From an uncultured Flavobacteriaceae bacterium (GTDB lineage: Bacteria; Bacteroidota; Bacteroidia; Flavobacteriales; Flavobacteriaceae): a stretch of 64,000 nt of DNA. Positions within the stretch are counted from its first letter, which is position 1. The number at the start of each line of letters is the position of its first letter. The notes beneath the pieces are model-generated. The model was not told the origin of the DNA and did not search any database. It saw only the letters and a list, made by a program, of their open reading frames with translations. Below, in pieces: positions 1-9,270 of this stretch. The position numbers were made by a program, and so were the translations under genes. Location of the stretch: the NCBI GenBank assembly GCA_963697395.1, contig CAVONX010000021.1:27693-91692 (forward strand), written 5' to 3'.

Positions 1-442
1 GCTTGATCAGACGTCGGTCGATGTTGATATAAAGGTCTTCACCTAACACAGAACCACCTTCTTCGCTGCCTGAAATTTCAGGCCGTCGTGCCGAAATACT
101 CTTGATCTTTTGGATCGATTTTTCAAAACGTTCCAAAGTAATCGGTTTCACCAAATAGTCTACAATGGACTCATACTCGTAGGCTTCGATCGCAAAATTG
201 GTATCAGAGGTGGTCAAGACAATCTTTGGTGGGTTCTTTAGGGTCTGCACAAAATCGACCCCCGAAAAACCGGGCATGTGTATGTCCAAAAAGACCACAT
301 CAATATTTTGTTGGTTCAAGAATTTAATGGCTTCGATGGCGTTGTCGAATTCTTCGATAACATCTAGCTCAGGAATTTTTGTACAGAGTTGGGCAACTAT
401 GGCCCGCGCTGCCCCTTCGTCGTCAATAATAATACAGTTCAT
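1..442 (-). CDS. LytTR-family response regulator; 3' end cut by the window edge
   Basis: Not in the ORF track because it runs off the window. My minus-strand translation from ATG 442-440 gives MNCIIIDDEGAARAIVAQLCTKIPELDVIEEFDNAIEAIKFLNQQNIDVVFLDIHMPGFSGVDFVQT...DYLVKPITLERFE. This is a CheY-like receiver with a DD pair, the acceptor Asp in VVFLDIHMPG and the conserved K in LVKP. It starts 2 nt after the Hpt stop. The output-domain call (LytTR) rests on only the first residues seen. Confidence 0.75.
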   Translation of the reverse strand, partial: MNCIIIDDEGAARAIVAQLCTKIPELDVIEEFDNAIEAIKFLNQQNIDVVFLDIHMPGFSGVDFVQTLKNPPKIVLTTSDTNFAIEAYEYESIVDYLVKPITLERFEKSIQKIKSISARRPEISGSEEGGSVLGEDLYINIDRRLIK

Positions 443-444
443 AA

Positions 445-765
445 TTAGAGGGTTTTAATATAGGCTTCCATGGTTTTTAAGATTTCGGCAAAGTCCAAGT
501 GTAATTTGGAGTTTCCCTCCCGCAACTCTTCCTCGTAGCGTGCGGCAATTTCATATGATTTCTCAAGGCCTAGAATGTTGATCTTATGTTTCAGCTTATG
601 CACATCTTCCGAGGCGGCTCTAGACATATCGTTTTGTAGGTGGCTCAAATAAATAGACAATTCCTCCGGAAATTCTTTCTTTATAATGGTGATGAATTGT
701 TGCTCAAAAACCGAATCATTGCCTGCCAATTTTTTGATATAGTCGATATTGGGTTTTTCCGTCAT
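445..765 (-). CDS. stand-alone histidine phosphotransfer (Hpt) protein
   Basis: Small helical ORF with an Hpt-type phospho-His motif, EDVHKLKHKINILG. I start it at the internal MTEKPNIDY (ATG 765-763), which overlaps the kinase stop by 4 nt. The track start at 825 would overlap the kinase gene by 64 nt. Confidence 0.7.
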   Translation of the reverse strand: MTEKPNIDYIKKLAGNDSVFEQQFITIIKKEFPEELSIYLSHLQNDMSRAASEDVHKLKHKINILGLEKSYEIAARYEEELREGNSKLHLDFAEILKTMEAYIKTL

Positions 766-2744
766 AACGATTTCTTTAATGTAAAATGGAAAGTGGCACC
801 CTCGCCCTTTATAGAATCTAGCCAAATGGTACCTTCATAAAGATCCACGATTTTCTTTACAATAGAAAGGCCGATGCCTGTAGAGCGCTGATCGTTACCC
901 ATAGACTGAAAGATTTTAAAAATCTTTTCATGGTATTCTTTTGGAATGCCCACGCCGTTATCTGCAATACTGAATTGCCAATGGGTGTCTGTCTCTTTGG
1001 ATGATATCATTACTAGGCCTTCGGTTTTGGATATGTGCATCACCGCATTGCCGATTAGGTTTTGAAAAAGTTGATGCATTTTGGTCCGGTCAGCCGATAG
1101 GGTAGGAAGCGTATTCATAATGACTACGCTCACATGTTCTGGGATAAAAATGATTTCCCGTATCTCCTGTATGACCTTGTTTAAATCTACCGTTTCGGTT
1201 TCTAGTGTATCACTATTGATACTGGAGTATTTCAGGATGCCATCAATAAGTTTGTCCATGCTTTCAATTTTCTCCTGCATCATTTCTAGGTTATTGATAC
1301 CATTGTCATCTAAAACTTGCTTATAGTCTTCACTTAACCAAGTGGCCAATGCACTAATACTGCGCAAGGGCGATTTAAGATCATGGGAAACAATATGTGC
1401 ATATTCTTGTAGTCCCTGATTACTTGATTCCAGATCGCGCAACAACTTTTCTTTCTGTAGCTCTAGATGCTTTTGTTCGGTAATATCCAAATGGATACCG
1501 ATGGAGCCGACTACAGATCCCGACTCGTCATATCTCGGGGCCCCGCTAATTAACCAATGCCGAAGGTCCCCATTTTTATGCAAGACTTCGATCTCATAGG
1601 AATCCGATTCACCCTCCAGCCGTTTTTTGCCTTTCTCCTCGATGATGCGTGAATCCTTCACGTTCAGCACTTCCCGGGCCATACGTCCTAGGAGTTCTTT
1701 CTCAGGAAAACCACTCATAGTTGAGAAGCTTTGATTTATCAATTGTATGGTATCGTCATTATCGACCTCAATCAACCCCAGGTTCATGTTCGCAATGATA
1801 CTGCTGTATTTCCTACGTTCTGCATTCAATCGTTCTTCCGCCTCCCGCTCTTTGGTTATATCTTCGATTAAGGCTACCTGATATTCTATTGTGCCATTGG
1901 CATTCTTTACGGCACTTACCAAGGTCTTTGCCAGAACATAAGATCCATCTTTCCTAAAATATTTCTTTACTAGTGTGAATTTGTCCAACTTTCCGTTGTT
2001 CATATCCTCCATTAGTTCATTGCTAATGGCAACATCTTCAGGAGCCGAAATGTTTTTGACTTTAAATGTTTTTAGTTCTTGTTCCGAATAGCCCAATAAG
2101 TTGGAGAAGGTACTATTGGCTTTTATGATCTTGCCTTTGACGGTAAGAACAATACCGAGCGGGGAATTCTCAACAATAATATCCAATTGCTTTTTCTGTT
2201 CTGCGAGCAATTGTTTTATTTCCATTTCCTGGGTAATATCCCTTATAATGCCTTGGGCCGCAATCGGCTTTCTATAGGTATCATAAATAAGGCTACAATT
2301 GATCTGAACCCATTTTTCTTGTTTGTCCTTGGTACTTATTATTGCGCGGTAGTTTTTGAGAATTCCTACTTCCAAGAGCAATTCCATAGATTCTTTAGTA
2401 TACCTGAGATAGTCTTTATGAACTAACTGGGCTAGGTTCACGCATTCTTTTGAATGGTCATACTTTAAGAATTCCTTGGCTGACCCGTTCATGTTGATAA
2501 CGTTGAACTGTAGGTCCATAACCACGTATGGGTCGATGATATTGATGAAAACTCCATCAAGTTCCGATGATTTTTCGCTTAATAGACCTTCGAGCTTGCT
2601 ATTCGCATTCTTTAAATGGTTGGTAATATCATAGAGTTCCTTGGATTTTGACTCAAGAATTTTCTCAGCTTGGATACGTGCTTTTTTCTGTCGTTCCAGT
2701 GCTTTTTTAAGAAGTATGACCTCTTTACTATCCATTCTGAACAA
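762..2744 (-). CDS. cytoplasmic multi-PAS sensor histidine kinase (no receiver domain)
   Basis: 660 aa. It has an N-terminal coiled coil, three PAS-like segments, the HisKA H-box AHIVSHDLKSPLRSI and HATPase_c boxes (QNLIGNAVMH, DNGVGI, GIGLSIVKKIV). There is no TM helix. It overlaps the upstream H-NOX gene by 17 nt. Confidence 0.9.
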   Translation of the reverse strand: MFRMDSKEVILLKKALERQKKARIQAEKILESKSKELYDITNHLKNANSKLEGLLSEKSSELDGVFINIIDPYVVMDLQFNVINMNGSAKEFLKYDHSKECVNLAQLVHKDYLRYTKESMELLLEVGILKNYRAIISTKDKQEKWVQINCSLIYDTYRKPIAAQGIIRDITQEMEIKQLLAEQKKQLDIIVENSPLGIVLTVKGKIIKANSTFSNLLGYSEQELKTFKVKNISAPEDVAISNELMEDMNNGKLDKFTLVKKYFRKDGSYVLAKTLVSAVKNANGTIEYQVALIEDITKEREAEERLNAERRKYSSIIANMNLGLIEVDNDDTIQLINQSFSTMSGFPEKELLGRMAREVLNVKDSRIIEEKGKKRLEGESDSYEIEVLHKNGDLRHWLISGAPRYDESGSVVGSIGIHLDITEQKHLELQKEKLLRDLESSNQGLQEYAHIVSHDLKSPLRSISALATWLSEDYKQVLDDNGINNLEMMQEKIESMDKLIDGILKYSSINSDTLETETVDLNKVIQEIREIIFIPEHVSVVIMNTLPTLSADRTKMHQLFQNLIGNAVMHISKTEGLVMISSKETDTHWQFSIADNGVGIPKEYHEKIFKIFQSMGNDQRSTGIGLSIVKKIVDLYEGTIWLDSIKGEGATFHFTLKKSL

Positions 2745-3270
2745 TATCGAATTTTACTTCAGTGCCATCGTTCCTTAGTAGTTCGTAAGTAACTTGGGCC
2801 GAACTATTAAAGTGCTCAAAGCATTTCTCTATGAGCCCGTGTGCCAATCGGTATAATCCTCTTGAGGAGGCGTACACCATGGATAATGAAGTATCGGTTT
2901 TTTCAAGGATTTTAAAAGTTGGGAGCTCGGCATCGGGATATAACTTTTGCACATGAACGTGAATATGATCTTCAATAGAATACAAAAGCCCCAATGGATT
3001 CGTATAGTTTTTTATTACTTCAGGATGCGCTTTGGCCAAGCTACTGAATAGAAAGTGGCCAAAAGTGTAAATCAGCGTATTCGCATCGATTTGTACGGTT
3101 TTGCTTAGGCTGGTAATCAAAGACACCATTTCATTAAAATCATAGGTACCTACTGAGGTATAGATTCCTTCAGAGGACAGATTGCAATCTTCTATTATGT
3201 CGTCAACAACTTCGAGGCCAAACTTTTCCTCTACCATTTCCAAAAACTCGGTAAATATGATTCCTGTCAT
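2728..3270 (-). CDS. H-NOX (heme NO/O2-binding, HNOB) sensor protein
   Basis: 180 aa. The N-terminus MTGIIFTEFLEMVEEKFG is typical of H-NOX domains. A candidate proximal His lies in EDHIHVHVQKLYP, and the heme-propionate-binding Y-x-S-x-R motif is present as YASSRGL. It is translationally coupled to the kinase. Confidence 0.85.
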   Translation of the reverse strand: MTGIIFTEFLEMVEEKFGLEVVDDIIEDCNLSSEGIYTSVGTYDFNEMVSLITSLSKTVQIDANTLIYTFGHFLFSSLAKAHPEVIKNYTNPLGLLYSIEDHIHVHVQKLYPDAELPTFKILEKTDTSLSMVYASSRGLYRLAHGLIEKCFEHFNSSAQVTYELLRNDGTEVKFDIVQNG

Positions 3271-3346
3271 TTTTAATATTTACTTTTAAATGTAGGAAAA
3301 AAGATATTTTATTGAAAGAAAATGTTGTGAAAGTCAAAAAAGGGTA

Positions 3347-3748
3347 TTATGCTTTTACAAGCTCATTGACTTCCCAATAGGCAAATACTTTTCTAAGCTT
3401 TTCTTCGTAATCCTCGTATTTTAAAGGCTTTAGCACGTAACCCGCTATCCCTGTCTTATAACATTCCAATAAGTCCGCCCTATTTTGAGATGTTGTTAAG
3501 ATTATTGTGGGCAAATATTTATAGTGTTCGTCTGCTTTAAGGATATTCAGAAACTCGATTCCGTTCATGCGTGGCATGTTAAGGTCCAGCAGTAGAATAT
3601 CCGGCAATTTATCCCCCGATTTTAAAATAGATAGCGCTTCTTCACCATTTTTGGCTACTGTAATCTGATGCTTCAATTGAAGTTTAGAAACCGTTCGCTG
3701 TAGTTTCATCGTTTCAATCTTATCATCTTCGACAAATAAAATATTCAT
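3347..3748 (-). CDS. single-domain (CheY-like) response regulator receiver
   Basis: 133 aa. It begins MNILFVEDD, has the acceptor Asp in ILLLDLNMPRMNG and the conserved T (ILTTS) and K (VLKPL). There is no output domain. Confidence 0.9.
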   Translation of the reverse strand: MNILFVEDDKIETMKLQRTVSKLQLKHQITVAKNGEEALSILKSGDKLPDILLLDLNMPRMNGIEFLNILKADEHYKYLPTIILTTSQNRADLLECYKTGIAGYVLKPLKYEDYEEKLRKVFAYWEVNELVKA

Positions 3749-3989
3749 TTTTAAGTAACTAAGTGAATGACAAAGTACTATTTAAACGCATGAAAAATTA
3801 GATAAGTATAGTTGAATGTAAGATTAGTGTAGACCAAAGGAGGTTTACATAAGACCAGTCTTATTCAACTATGGATAATTTATCACGGTATCACTTAGTC
3901 GAACATGCGTAAAGTGACCTTCTCCCTTTAAACCGTACAGTTTAAAAAGAAGTGGTCAATAGGGACAACGGTTACTTGGGCAGAGGCAC

Positions 3990-4172
3990 TTAATTGGTTC
4001 TGCCATCTAGTGTAATGCAAGCACCGTCCATTAGGCCATTCAGTAAAGCGCAGGTGGGTGCCCACTTGGCATCGATTACGGTCATTATATGATTGGTAGT
4101 TTCTTTATAAGTAAAATTGTTGATAGCGATTGCACTTGGGTCGAATCCGGGGTCGACGATTGTTATAGACAT
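3990..4172 (-). CDS. hypothetical small protein (60 aa)
   Basis: ORF only, with no motif recognised. It lies in a 1-kb gene-poor gap that also holds a broken lipoprotein-like fragment. Confidence 0.2.
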   Translation of the reverse strand: MSITIVDPGFDPSAIAINNFTYKETTNHIMTVIDAKWAPTCALLNGLMDGACITLDGRTN

Positions 4173-4799
4173 AATTCAGACAGGGAATAATTTTGTGTAT
4201 TTGTCAATGCATACGAATTCTAATCAGTTAGGTTGTTTACGGTAATGGTGCATATTTAAAAAGTTCACCATTTTCTTTGTGCACCAAAATCCAATCTTCT
4301 GATGGAATGGTGTTGGTATTGTAATTAGTATCCACAATAACGGTTAAATAGTTTGCCAATACTGGTTGAGCAGACGGTATTTGTTCTTCTTCTGGCGGCT
4401 CGGGGTTATTGCTACTTAATTATTTTCAAGCTCTTTGTTTGTACCTGCAATAAAAAGTGAGATAAATGCCACTTACCCTAACTTATTTATTTTTTCCATA
4501 GTTGCTTAAAAGAATTTTATACCTACCGATAAAGGGTCAAATAAGTGTAAAATTTGAATGAATATATATTCGACCCCTATGAATAAATATGTGCATTAGA
4601 CTACCGATTATTTGCATTGTAAATAGCTGTTTTACCCAATATTTCGCCAATAATACTAGTGTATATCCCTTTGAATTTTAACTGAATACTGTTGAATTCC
4701 ATTTTTATTGATAAACTTGCTGTAAAACGGTAGAAACTAGATATCCCAAATAATTTTGGTTTTGGAAGTTTACGATATTTTAAAAGGTAATTTATCTTT

Positions 4800-6992
4800 A
4801 TGAATGCTAGAATTAAAAATATCCTTTACTTATTGTGTCTACTGTTTTTTTCGATAGGGGTACAATCGCAAAATACAGTATTGGATAGCCTAAAAAATGA
4901 ATTGTCAGTTCACCCTCAAAGAGATAGTACTAGAGTTAATTTGTTAAATGAGCTCGCTTATATGTACCATGTTAAAAATTTAGATAAAACAACCGCATTA
5001 ATTGAAGAGTCGGAAACAATTGCAAATGCTATAGATTTTAAGAAAGGAAAAGCTAGAATTTTATTAATAAAAGGAAAAATTCAAGCTGCTAAATCAAGTT
5101 TTGACGTTGCATTTGGGTTTATGCAAGAAGCTCAACAATTGTATCATAGAATAAATTATAAGCCTGGAATTTCTGAATGCTTTAATGCCATAGGTTCGCT
5201 CTTTTATGATAAAGGTGAACAAATGCTTGCAATAGAAAACTACAAAAAATCAATTAGTGTTAATGAAGAGATTAATAATAGAAAAGGTATTTCCGTTAGT
5301 TCAAACAATATAGGTAAAGCCTATGCTAATCTGGGTAATTACACCGAAGCTCTTAATTACCACAATAAAGCGCTTAAAATCAGTAAGGAAATAGGTGATG
5401 AAAAAAGAATGTCTAGCAGTCTTAACAATATAGGTACTATTCACAGTGATCAAGGAAATTATCCGCTTGCTCTAGAATATTATAACGAGAGTTTGGCCAT
5501 CGACGAAAAATTTGGAGATACCTTAGAATTAGCAAAATCACTTAATAATGTAGGCATTATATATAAAAATTTACAGAACTATGACAAGGCAATAGTTAGT
5601 TATAAAAAGGCATTAGATCTTCAAAGGAATCAAATTAACAAAAAAAACACTGCGGAAATACTAAATAATTTGGGCTTGGTGTATAAGCGTAAAAAAAACT
5701 ATACGCTAGCTCAATACTATCTAAAGGAGGCATTAAAAATAAGTGAAGAAATAAATAACTTAATGTACATAGCTACCTGTTTAAATAATATTGCAGATGT
5801 CGATTTACTGGTTGATGATCATATTGGTGCTTATAATTCTTTTGAAAATGCGCGAAAAATCAATCTAGAGGTAAACAATCAACGAGGATTGTGTAATTCT
5901 TATTTAGGTTTGGCAAAAGTACATATACGCCAAAAGGAATACGTAAAGGCCTTGACAAGCGCACTGAAGAGTAAAGAAATTTCAGATAAACTTGATCTTA
6001 TAAATTATCAAAGTGAGGTCCAAGAAATTCTGGTTATTATTTACGAAAAACTTGGTGATTATAAAAAAGCTCTTTTAAGTCATCAACAATTTAAAATATT
6101 GAACGATAGTCTTTTCAATAAAGAAAATATTGAAAAAATAACACAATTAGAATACGAATACAAATACCAGCAAGCGATTGACTCTGCAAGTATTCGGGAG
6201 TTAAAACTTACCAAAGAGGTAAGCAGTATCAATACCAATTTAGAGAAGTCGCAGAAAAATATATTTTTGACTATTATCGCTTTTTTATCTATTACAATAA
6301 TTTTAGGAGGGATTATCTTTTTATTAAAATGGAGGAACGTAAAAGAGAAGAATCAGAATATTCTTATCGAACAAAAGCTCTTACGTTCACAGATGACACC
6401 GCATTTTATATTTAATTCGCTTTCGGTTTTGCAGGGCATGATCTTGAATAAGGAAGAGGATAAGTCCATTACCTATCTATCAAAATTCTCAAAACTGCTG
6501 CGCATCGTACTGGAAAATTCTAGAGATAAAGTTGTTCCGCTTATTCAAGAGTTGGATGCCATAGATAATTATATGGTCTTGCAAAATTTAGATACCGATC
6601 CGCCCTATTATTATAGTCTTGTCGTAGATGAAAATATAGACATCAACTCGTTTCAAATTCCGCCGATGCTTATTCAACCTTTCATAGAAAATGCAATAGA
6701 ACATGCTTTTCCAGATGCTAACGATATCCGTGAAATGGTGATTCATTTAAAGTTTATTGACGAAAAATTAATCTGTACCATAACGGATAATGGTATTGGT
6801 ATTGATGCCATATCTCAAAAAGTAACCACGAACAAGAAGTCATTGGCTACCACGATCACTAGTGAGCGGTTACTAATGTTAGCTAAAGAGTTTAAGGTAA
6901 TTGGCGCTATTATAATTGAAGACAGAAAAAAATATAATGATCGAGGTACTATCGTTACTTTAACCATTCCGTATAAAATAAGCCATGCATAA
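4800..6992 (+). CDS. TPR-repeat sensor histidine kinase, LytS/YehU (His_kinase) type
   Basis: 730 aa. It has a signal peptide and about 10 TPR-like repeats (NNIG.AY..LGNY.EAL.Y..KAL). It has a single TM helix (IFLTIIAFLSITIILGGIIFLL), the LytS-type H-box MTPHFIFNSL and HATPase_c motifs (IENAIEHAF, DNGIGI). Confidence 0.85.
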   Translation: MNARIKNILYLLCLLFFSIGVQSQNTVLDSLKNELSVHPQRDSTRVNLLNELAYMYHVKNLDKTTALIEESETIANAIDFKKGKARILLIKGKIQAAKSSFDVAFGFMQEAQQLYHRINYKPGISECFNAIGSLFYDKGEQMLAIENYKKSISVNEEINNRKGISVSSNNIGKAYANLGNYTEALNYHNKALKISKEIGDEKRMSSSLNNIGTIHSDQGNYPLALEYYNESLAIDEKFGDTLELAKSLNNVGIIYKNLQNYDKAIVSYKKALDLQRNQINKKNTAEILNNLGLVYKRKKNYTLAQYYLKEALKISEEINNLMYIATCLNNIADVDLLVDDHIGAYNSFENARKINLEVNNQRGLCNSYLGLAKVHIRQKEYVKALTSALKSKEISDKLDLINYQSEVQEILVIIYEKLGDYKKALLSHQQFKILNDSLFNKENIEKITQLEYEYKYQQAIDSASIRELKLTKEVSSINTNLEKSQKNIFLTIIAFLSITIILGGIIFLLKWRNVKEKNQNILIEQKLLRSQMTPHFIFNSLSVLQGMILNKEEDKSITYLSKFSKLLRIVLENSRDKVVPLIQELDAIDNYMVLQNLDTDPPYYYSLVVDENIDINSFQIPPMLIQPFIENAIEHAFPDANDIREMVIHLKFIDEKLICTITDNGIGIDAISQKVTTNKKSLATTITSERLLMLAKEFKVIGAIIIEDRKKYNDRGTIVTLTIPYKISHA

Positions 6993-7077
6993 TAATAACA
7001 CTTATTGTGGAATAAACGTACATGCCAACAGGGCGTAATAATGCCTGTAGGCATAAAATAATAGAAATCATATTTTC

Positions 7078-9270
7078 ATGAAAATGACTCGTATCTATAC
7101 GTTTTTCTTCTTTTGGGGTTTTACTTTTTCGGCACCTATTTTTTCTCAAAATACTGAGATTGATAGCCTTAAAATAGCATTGGAGAATCATAAAGAGCAA
7201 GATACTATAAGAGTAAATCTATTATATAGACTGGCATTTTCAAATTTTCAAAGAGATTTGGAATTAACCAATTCATATTTAGGGAAAGCTGAGGATTTAA
7301 GCAATAATCTAAATTACACAAAAGGGAAAGCAAGTGTATTATACTTAAAAGGTATACTGGAAAATATTAAATCTAATTATGCAACAAGCTTAAACTATTT
7401 TGAACAGTCACTAAAGCATTCTGAATCTATACAAGACAAAAGTGGAATAGCATCCATCTACACGGCATTTGGGATAACTCATTATGATCTTTCCCAATAT
7501 GAAGCGGCCTTAAAATCTTATGAAAAAGCCACTAAAATTTATCAAGATTTAGGAAACAAAAAAGAGCTAATTACTAGTTTAATAAATGTTGGAAATGTAT
7601 TTTCTGAATTAGGAAGATATGAAGAATCTATTTCAAACTATAAAAAGGCATTAGAGCAGAGTAAAGTGATTAACGATGAAGATGGTATTTCTTTTGTGCA
7701 AAGTAATTTGGGTATTGTTTATAAAGTACTAGGCAACTACCCATTGGCCATAGACAATTTAAATAAGAGCTTGGATTATAATGAAAAAAATAGCGATAGT
7801 TTAAGTATATCGCTTTTACTTAATAATTTAGGGGATATATATATTTCCATGGGTAAGTATGATAAGGCTTTGGAATACCATGAACGATCTTTAAACTTTT
7901 CGCAAAAAGAAAACAAACGTTATCTAGCCATAAATAATGTTAGTATTGGTAATATATACATGCATAAAAAGGAGTATGAAAAGGCGCTAGGATATTATCG
8001 TATTTCTCTAGAAACAAGTCAGGAGATTAACAATATAAAACAGACTGCTATATGTTTCAACAATATCGGAGATATATTTTTATTACTTCATAAACCATTG
8101 ATTGCTCGTGAAAATTTTATAAAAGCGAAAGATCTTAGTCAAAAAATAGACTCTAAGCATGTCTTATCCACTAGTTTTTTAGGAATTGCTGAATCTTATT
8201 TAGACGAGAAAAACTATAAAAAAGCTTTAATAAATGCGTTAAAAGCGAACGAAATTTCTACAGAACTTAAACTTTTAGAACAAAGAAGAGATGCTCAAGA
8301 CTTACTTTCTAAAATTTATGAAAACACGGGAAATTATAAAGAAGCTTTTGTTACTCATCAGCAATTTAAAATATTGAACGACAGTCTTTTCAATAAAGAG
8401 AACATCGAAAAAATTGCCCAATTAGAATATGAATATAGGTATATGCAGGCTTTGGACTCTGCAAGTATTAGAGAATTAAAATTAACAAAGGAAGTAAGCA
8501 TCGTAAATACTAGTTTACAAAAGTCTCAGCGAAATATCTTTTTGACCATAATCGCTCTTCTTTTAACGGCACTGATTCTCGGGGGCATCATCTTCTTTCT
8601 AAAATGGCGGAATATAAAAGAGAAGAATCAGAATATCCTTATCGAACAAAAGCTATTACGGTCCCAAATGACCCCGCATTTTATATTTAATTCGCTTTCC
8701 GTGCTGCAGGGTATGATTTTAAATAAAGAGCAGGACAAATCAATATCCTACTTATCTAAATTTTCAAAACTACTGCGTATCGTTCTAGAAAACTCACGGG
8801 ATAAAATTGTTCCTCTTATTCAAGAGTTGGATGCCATAGATAATTATATGCTCTTACAAAATTTGGATACGGATCCACCTTATGATTACAGTCTAATGGT
8901 AGATGAAAACATAGACATCAATTCGTTTCAAATACCTCCCATGCTTATTCAACCATTTATAGAAAATGCGATTGAGCATGCATTTTCGGTTGAAAAGGAC
9001 CATCGTGAAATAGTTGTACACTTAAAATTCATAAACGAAAAACTAATCTGTACCATAGCTGATAATGGTAGGGGTATTGATGCGATAGCTGAAAAAACCA
9101 ATACGAGTAAAAAATCATTGGCGACCACCATTACCAATGAGCGGTTACAGCTATTGGCACGGGACTTTGGAGTGCCGGGTGACTTTTCCATTGAAGACAG
9201 AAAAAAGTACCATGAACAAGGCACATTGGTAACCCTGGTCATTCCTTATAAAATAAATATAAACTCATGA
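7078..9270 (+). CDS. TPR-repeat sensor histidine kinase, LytS/YehU type (tandem paralog of 4800..6992)
   Basis: 730 aa with the same architecture as 4800..6992. The transmitter half (from HQQFKILNDSLFNKENIEKI onward) is near-identical to the upstream gene, while the TPR half is strongly diverged. Confidence 0.85.
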   Translation: MKMTRIYTFFFFWGFTFSAPIFSQNTEIDSLKIALENHKEQDTIRVNLLYRLAFSNFQRDLELTNSYLGKAEDLSNNLNYTKGKASVLYLKGILENIKSNYATSLNYFEQSLKHSESIQDKSGIASIYTAFGITHYDLSQYEAALKSYEKATKIYQDLGNKKELITSLINVGNVFSELGRYEESISNYKKALEQSKVINDEDGISFVQSNLGIVYKVLGNYPLAIDNLNKSLDYNEKNSDSLSISLLLNNLGDIYISMGKYDKALEYHERSLNFSQKENKRYLAINNVSIGNIYMHKKEYEKALGYYRISLETSQEINNIKQTAICFNNIGDIFLLLHKPLIARENFIKAKDLSQKIDSKHVLSTSFLGIAESYLDEKNYKKALINALKANEISTELKLLEQRRDAQDLLSKIYENTGNYKEAFVTHQQFKILNDSLFNKENIEKIAQLEYEYRYMQALDSASIRELKLTKEVSIVNTSLQKSQRNIFLTIIALLLTALILGGIIFFLKWRNIKEKNQNILIEQKLLRSQMTPHFIFNSLSVLQGMILNKEQDKSISYLSKFSKLLRIVLENSRDKIVPLIQELDAIDNYMLLQNLDTDPPYDYSLMVDENIDINSFQIPPMLIQPFIENAIEHAFSVEKDHREIVVHLKFINEKLICTIADNGRGIDAIAEKTNTSKKSLATTITNERLQLLARDFGVPGDFSIEDRKKYHEQGTLVTLVIPYKININS

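Noticed and set aside
198-458. 86-aa plus-strand ORF at the left edge
   Set aside because: It is the antisense shadow of a clearly recognisable minus-strand response-regulator receiver (MNCIIIDDEG...VVFLDIHMPG). Its own translation has no motif and an odd composition.
4135-4160. GGGTCGAATCCGGGG, which resembles a tRNA T-arm (GGTTCGAATCC)
   Set aside because: The flanking bases do not form a T-stem (TTGGG versus CCGGG are not complementary). No acceptor, D or anticodon arms can be drawn. It lies inside the small ORF 3990..4172.
4237-4499. Minus-strand fragments resembling a small lipoprotein: MEKINKLG* then ..VAFISLFIAGTNKE.. then SSNNPEPPEEEQIPSAQPVLANYLTVIVDTNYNTNTIPSEDWILVHKENGELFKYAPLP*
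   Set aside because: The reading frame is interrupted after 8 codons and again before the long fragment. No piece reaches 60 aa with a start codon. It may be a relic, but the evidence is too weak to call as a feature.
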